Shown piece by piece: positions 61,798 to 64,000 of a stretch of DNA of 64,000 nt (the stretch's first letter is position 1; every line of letters starts with the position of its first letter). The DNA is taken from assembly GCA_963731265.1 (NCBI GenBank), contig CAVSUE010000001.1:1408001-1472000 (forward strand). Reading direction: 5' to 3'. The notes beneath the pieces are model-generated. The model was not told the origin of the DNA, did not search any database, and saw only the letters and a list, made by a program, of their open reading frames with translations. The DNA comes from an uncultured Verrucomicrobiae bacterium (GTDB lineage: Bacteria; Chlamydiota; Chlamydiia; Chlamydiales; Rhabdochlamydiaceae). The position numbers and the translations under genes were made by a program.

Positions 61798-61954
61798 ATG
61801 AATCTCCCTCGATATGTTTAGTTTACAAAATTTTGATATATTCTTTTTTTCATTTGTGTTCAAAAGGTTTTTTTCAAAAAATCCATTCCCTATCTGCAAA
61901 CGCAAGAAAATGTTATAATATAACTAATTGACGCTGTTTTTGTTAATTAAAATT

Positions 61955-62196
61955 TATACTACACCCAGCCAGTTTATGCGAATTTTGACTGGCTGGACTT
62001 TGCTGAATCGATCGGCCCGGTTCACGGCGTTCACCTGCTTTGCACTGCGTAAGTCCACCGGACTTTCTCGTGTCTCCGCAGCCCCGTCAGCCGTCCAGGT
62101 CTCTTCGGGAATGGTCTTTCTCGGACGGTCGTTTCGCTTCGATTTGGCTTTGTCTCGCTGAGTCAAAATTCGCATAACCTAACTGGGTGCAGTATA
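61955..62196. mobile_element. TATA-bounded MITE (~242 bp)
   Basis: TATACTACACCCAG..TTATGCGAATTTTGACT / AGTCAAAATTCGCATAA..CTGGGTGCAGTATA. Confidence 0.8.
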
Positions 62197-62198
62197 TT

Positions 62199-63146
62199 AT
62201 GAACAAAATTTCTCCACTCGACATCCGCGTAGCCGTCTTAGCCCACCCTTTAGTGGCCAAGGAGGATTCGGCTTCGGCTACGTTTTTCTTAAAACCCATC
62301 GCTCCTTACACGGGAGACGAACGAATTGTCTCTCTTTTCCAAAATAGCCCTAAACCCTCGATCGAGCTCAATCTGTCGAAGATTCCTCCTTTATTGAGAA
62401 AAGGACAGCTTGTTCTTTTGCGTGTTTTTGAAATTCTAAGAACTCTTCTCGAAAAAAAGGAAAAGTCGACCGTTTTGGACCACATCGCGCCTCCGCGCAT
62501 GCTGTTTGTTCCCCAGCTCCCCCATCCCCCCTTCCTAACCGCAAAGCCTCCCCGTTTCTTCTGGCACCCCGCCTATATTCTTCCTTCCGACGAATACGCT
62601 CCCAGCGGTTTAATGGCGGAAGCAAAAGAGGCCGCCCCGGTTGCCACACCCTTCTCTGCTGTGATTTGCGCCCACATCCGCCGCGCCCTGCCTAAAAAAG
62701 GAATTCTCAAGCAAGACTCAGACGGTTTTGTCTACCTGGAACTACCGGATGAGTTTATCACGGATCTTTTCCCACTGATCCATGATCGGGAATGTGAGGC
62801 TGTGCCGCTCTATCAAATTGAGCCCTCGCCCGCTCACATCGCTGTCGTACTCCCGGATGAATGGAGCCAAAAAAAAGGATGGGGCGACATCAAGGAAATA
62901 GACGAGTCGTTTTCGTTTGAGGTGAAGGGATTGAATTCTTTGAGGCCACAACGTTGGCCCGGCGTTGAAAAGGTCTATTTCCTGGAGATTGCAAGCCCCA
63001 GCCTTGATCGTTTGCGAGAACGTCTTCTGCTCCCTTCCCGCATCCGCGGGCATGCCTTCCATGTCGCCATCGCCTTTAAAAAAGCGAATGCGGCATTACC
63101 TCAGAAAGAAACTTACCGGCTTAACGTCAGCTGTTTTGCGGCTTGA
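62199..63146 (+). CDS. Hypothetical protein with C-terminal 2H-phosphoesterase-like domain
   Basis: Paired HxA motifs 'AHIAV' and 'FHVAI'; 'GFVYL'. Confidence 0.55.
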   Translation: MNKISPLDIRVAVLAHPLVAKEDSASATFFLKPIAPYTGDERIVSLFQNSPKPSIELNLSKIPPLLRKGQLVLLRVFEILRTLLEKKEKSTVLDHIAPPRMLFVPQLPHPPFLTAKPPRFFWHPAYILPSDEYAPSGLMAEAKEAAPVATPFSAVICAHIRRALPKKGILKQDSDGFVYLELPDEFITDLFPLIHDRECEAVPLYQIEPSPAHIAVVLPDEWSQKKGWGDIKEIDESFSFEVKGLNSLRPQRWPGVEKVYFLEIASPSLDRLRERLLLPSRIRGHAFHVAIAFKKANAALPQKETYRLNVSCFAA

Positions 63147-63369
63147 GCCCTTCAAGCATTACTCCGTTTTTCAGTCAGCTGGGCCCCCCCGCAATGTTAG
63201 GGTAAAGCGAACGATGCCTTTACGGGAAAAGTTAATTTTTACGGGGATGAGTTGTTAAAATAGGAGCGACTTGGTAGAGTAATAGTTACTTGGTTTACAA
63301 GAACTTATGCTTCACGGTGTTAATATCCTGGCTTAGAGAATGTTAAATTCACAGAAGGGAAGTTGTTAA

Positions 63370-64000
63370 ATGGTAGAGCCTGTATTCAAACATTATGATC
63401 TGGAACTCAAGGAGCCTCCTTTTGGGTCTCCCTTGACCGATCTAATCATTGACTTAAACCACCTCCGCAAGAAACGGCTAAGCGGAACGACCCCTGCCAG
63501 GGTGTTTTTTCAACTCAAGGGTATATTCCATATGTTGGAAAGCCTTGGTTCTGCACGTATTGAGGGTAATAATACGACCCTTCTCGAATATATCGAAACT
63601 AAGTTAGAAGAGAAATCGGACGTGTCTAGTGGAATCAAAGAAATTCAAAATATCGAAAATGCGATGGATTTCATTGAACAGAACGTCAAAAATCAACCTA
63701 TTACGAGAGCCTTCATTTGCGAAGTGCACAAGATGATTGTTGATGGATTGCCGCTGCCGCCAAAAGGTGAGGGAGACAGTAATCCTGGCAAATATAGGGA
63801 ATCCAATTTGCGTATCAATCATTCCATTCATTTACCTCCCGATTTCATACAGGTGAAAGATTACATGGCCGAGCTATTTGATTTTGTCAATAAAAGCGAT
63901 AGTCCGAAATACGATCTCCTGAAAACCGCTATTGCCCATCATCGTTTTGTCTGGATACACCCATTTGGTAATGGCAATGGCCGTACTGTCCGCTTGTTTA
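63370..64000 (+). CDS. Fic family protein (partial, runs off the window)
   Basis: Manual translation from ATG 63370: inhibitory motif SARIEGN and catalytic HPFGNGNGRT. Confidence 0.9.
   Translation, partial: MVEPVFKHYDLELKEPPFGSPLTDLIIDLNHLRKKRLSGTTPARVFFQLKGIFHMLESLGSARIEGNNTTLLEYIETKLEEKSDVSSGIKEIQNIENAMDFIEQNVKNQPITRAFICEVHKMIVDGLPLPPKGEGDSNPGKYRESNLRINHSIHLPPDFIQVKDYMAELFDFVNKSDSPKYDLLKTAIAHHRFVWIHPFGNGNGRTVRLF

Noticed and set aside
61928..62299. Small ORFs around 62 kb (also 4622-4903, 16518-16715, 38494-38748, 40231-40446)
   Set aside because: They are read-throughs of palindromic elements.
1..64000. CRISPR array or cas genes
   Set aside because: No regularly spaced direct repeats with unique spacers; the repeats found are dispersed inverted elements.

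Overview
A 64-kb chromosomal segment, almost certainly from an environmental chlamydia (phylum Chlamydiota). The assignment rests on conserved chlamydial gene runs: recD2-metG-rpoZ-gmk, rnhB-rplS-trmD-rpsP-ffh-prmC-prfA-rpmE2, tadA, rpsO-pnp, ftsH-tilS-lptF-lptG and rpsI-rplM-miaB. Bases 1-21.6 kb are an accessory, decaying region ending at tRNA-Asn. It holds a class III adenylate cyclase, FMO, ADH, VirK, three toxin-antitoxin pairs, an IS3 element and several pseudogenes. Effector-like genes are inserted into the core operons: an F-box/IS630 chimera, a triplet of paralogues and an Inc-like protein. The most striking non-annotated structure is a set of at least 8 distinct small palindromic/MITE types (about 15 copies), some sharing internal modules, several rewriting gene ends. 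One family has exact 5-bp target duplications and gives trmD and the LpxT-like gene the same 'RYP*' C-terminus. Other highlights are a 113-bp IS200/IS605-type mini-element splitting a hidden speD pseudogene precisely at its FSCK motif, and a 6S-like rod-shaped RNA candidate upstream of ftsH. No CRISPR array or rRNA was seen. All calls come from reading the sequence and recalled family motifs; no searches were run.
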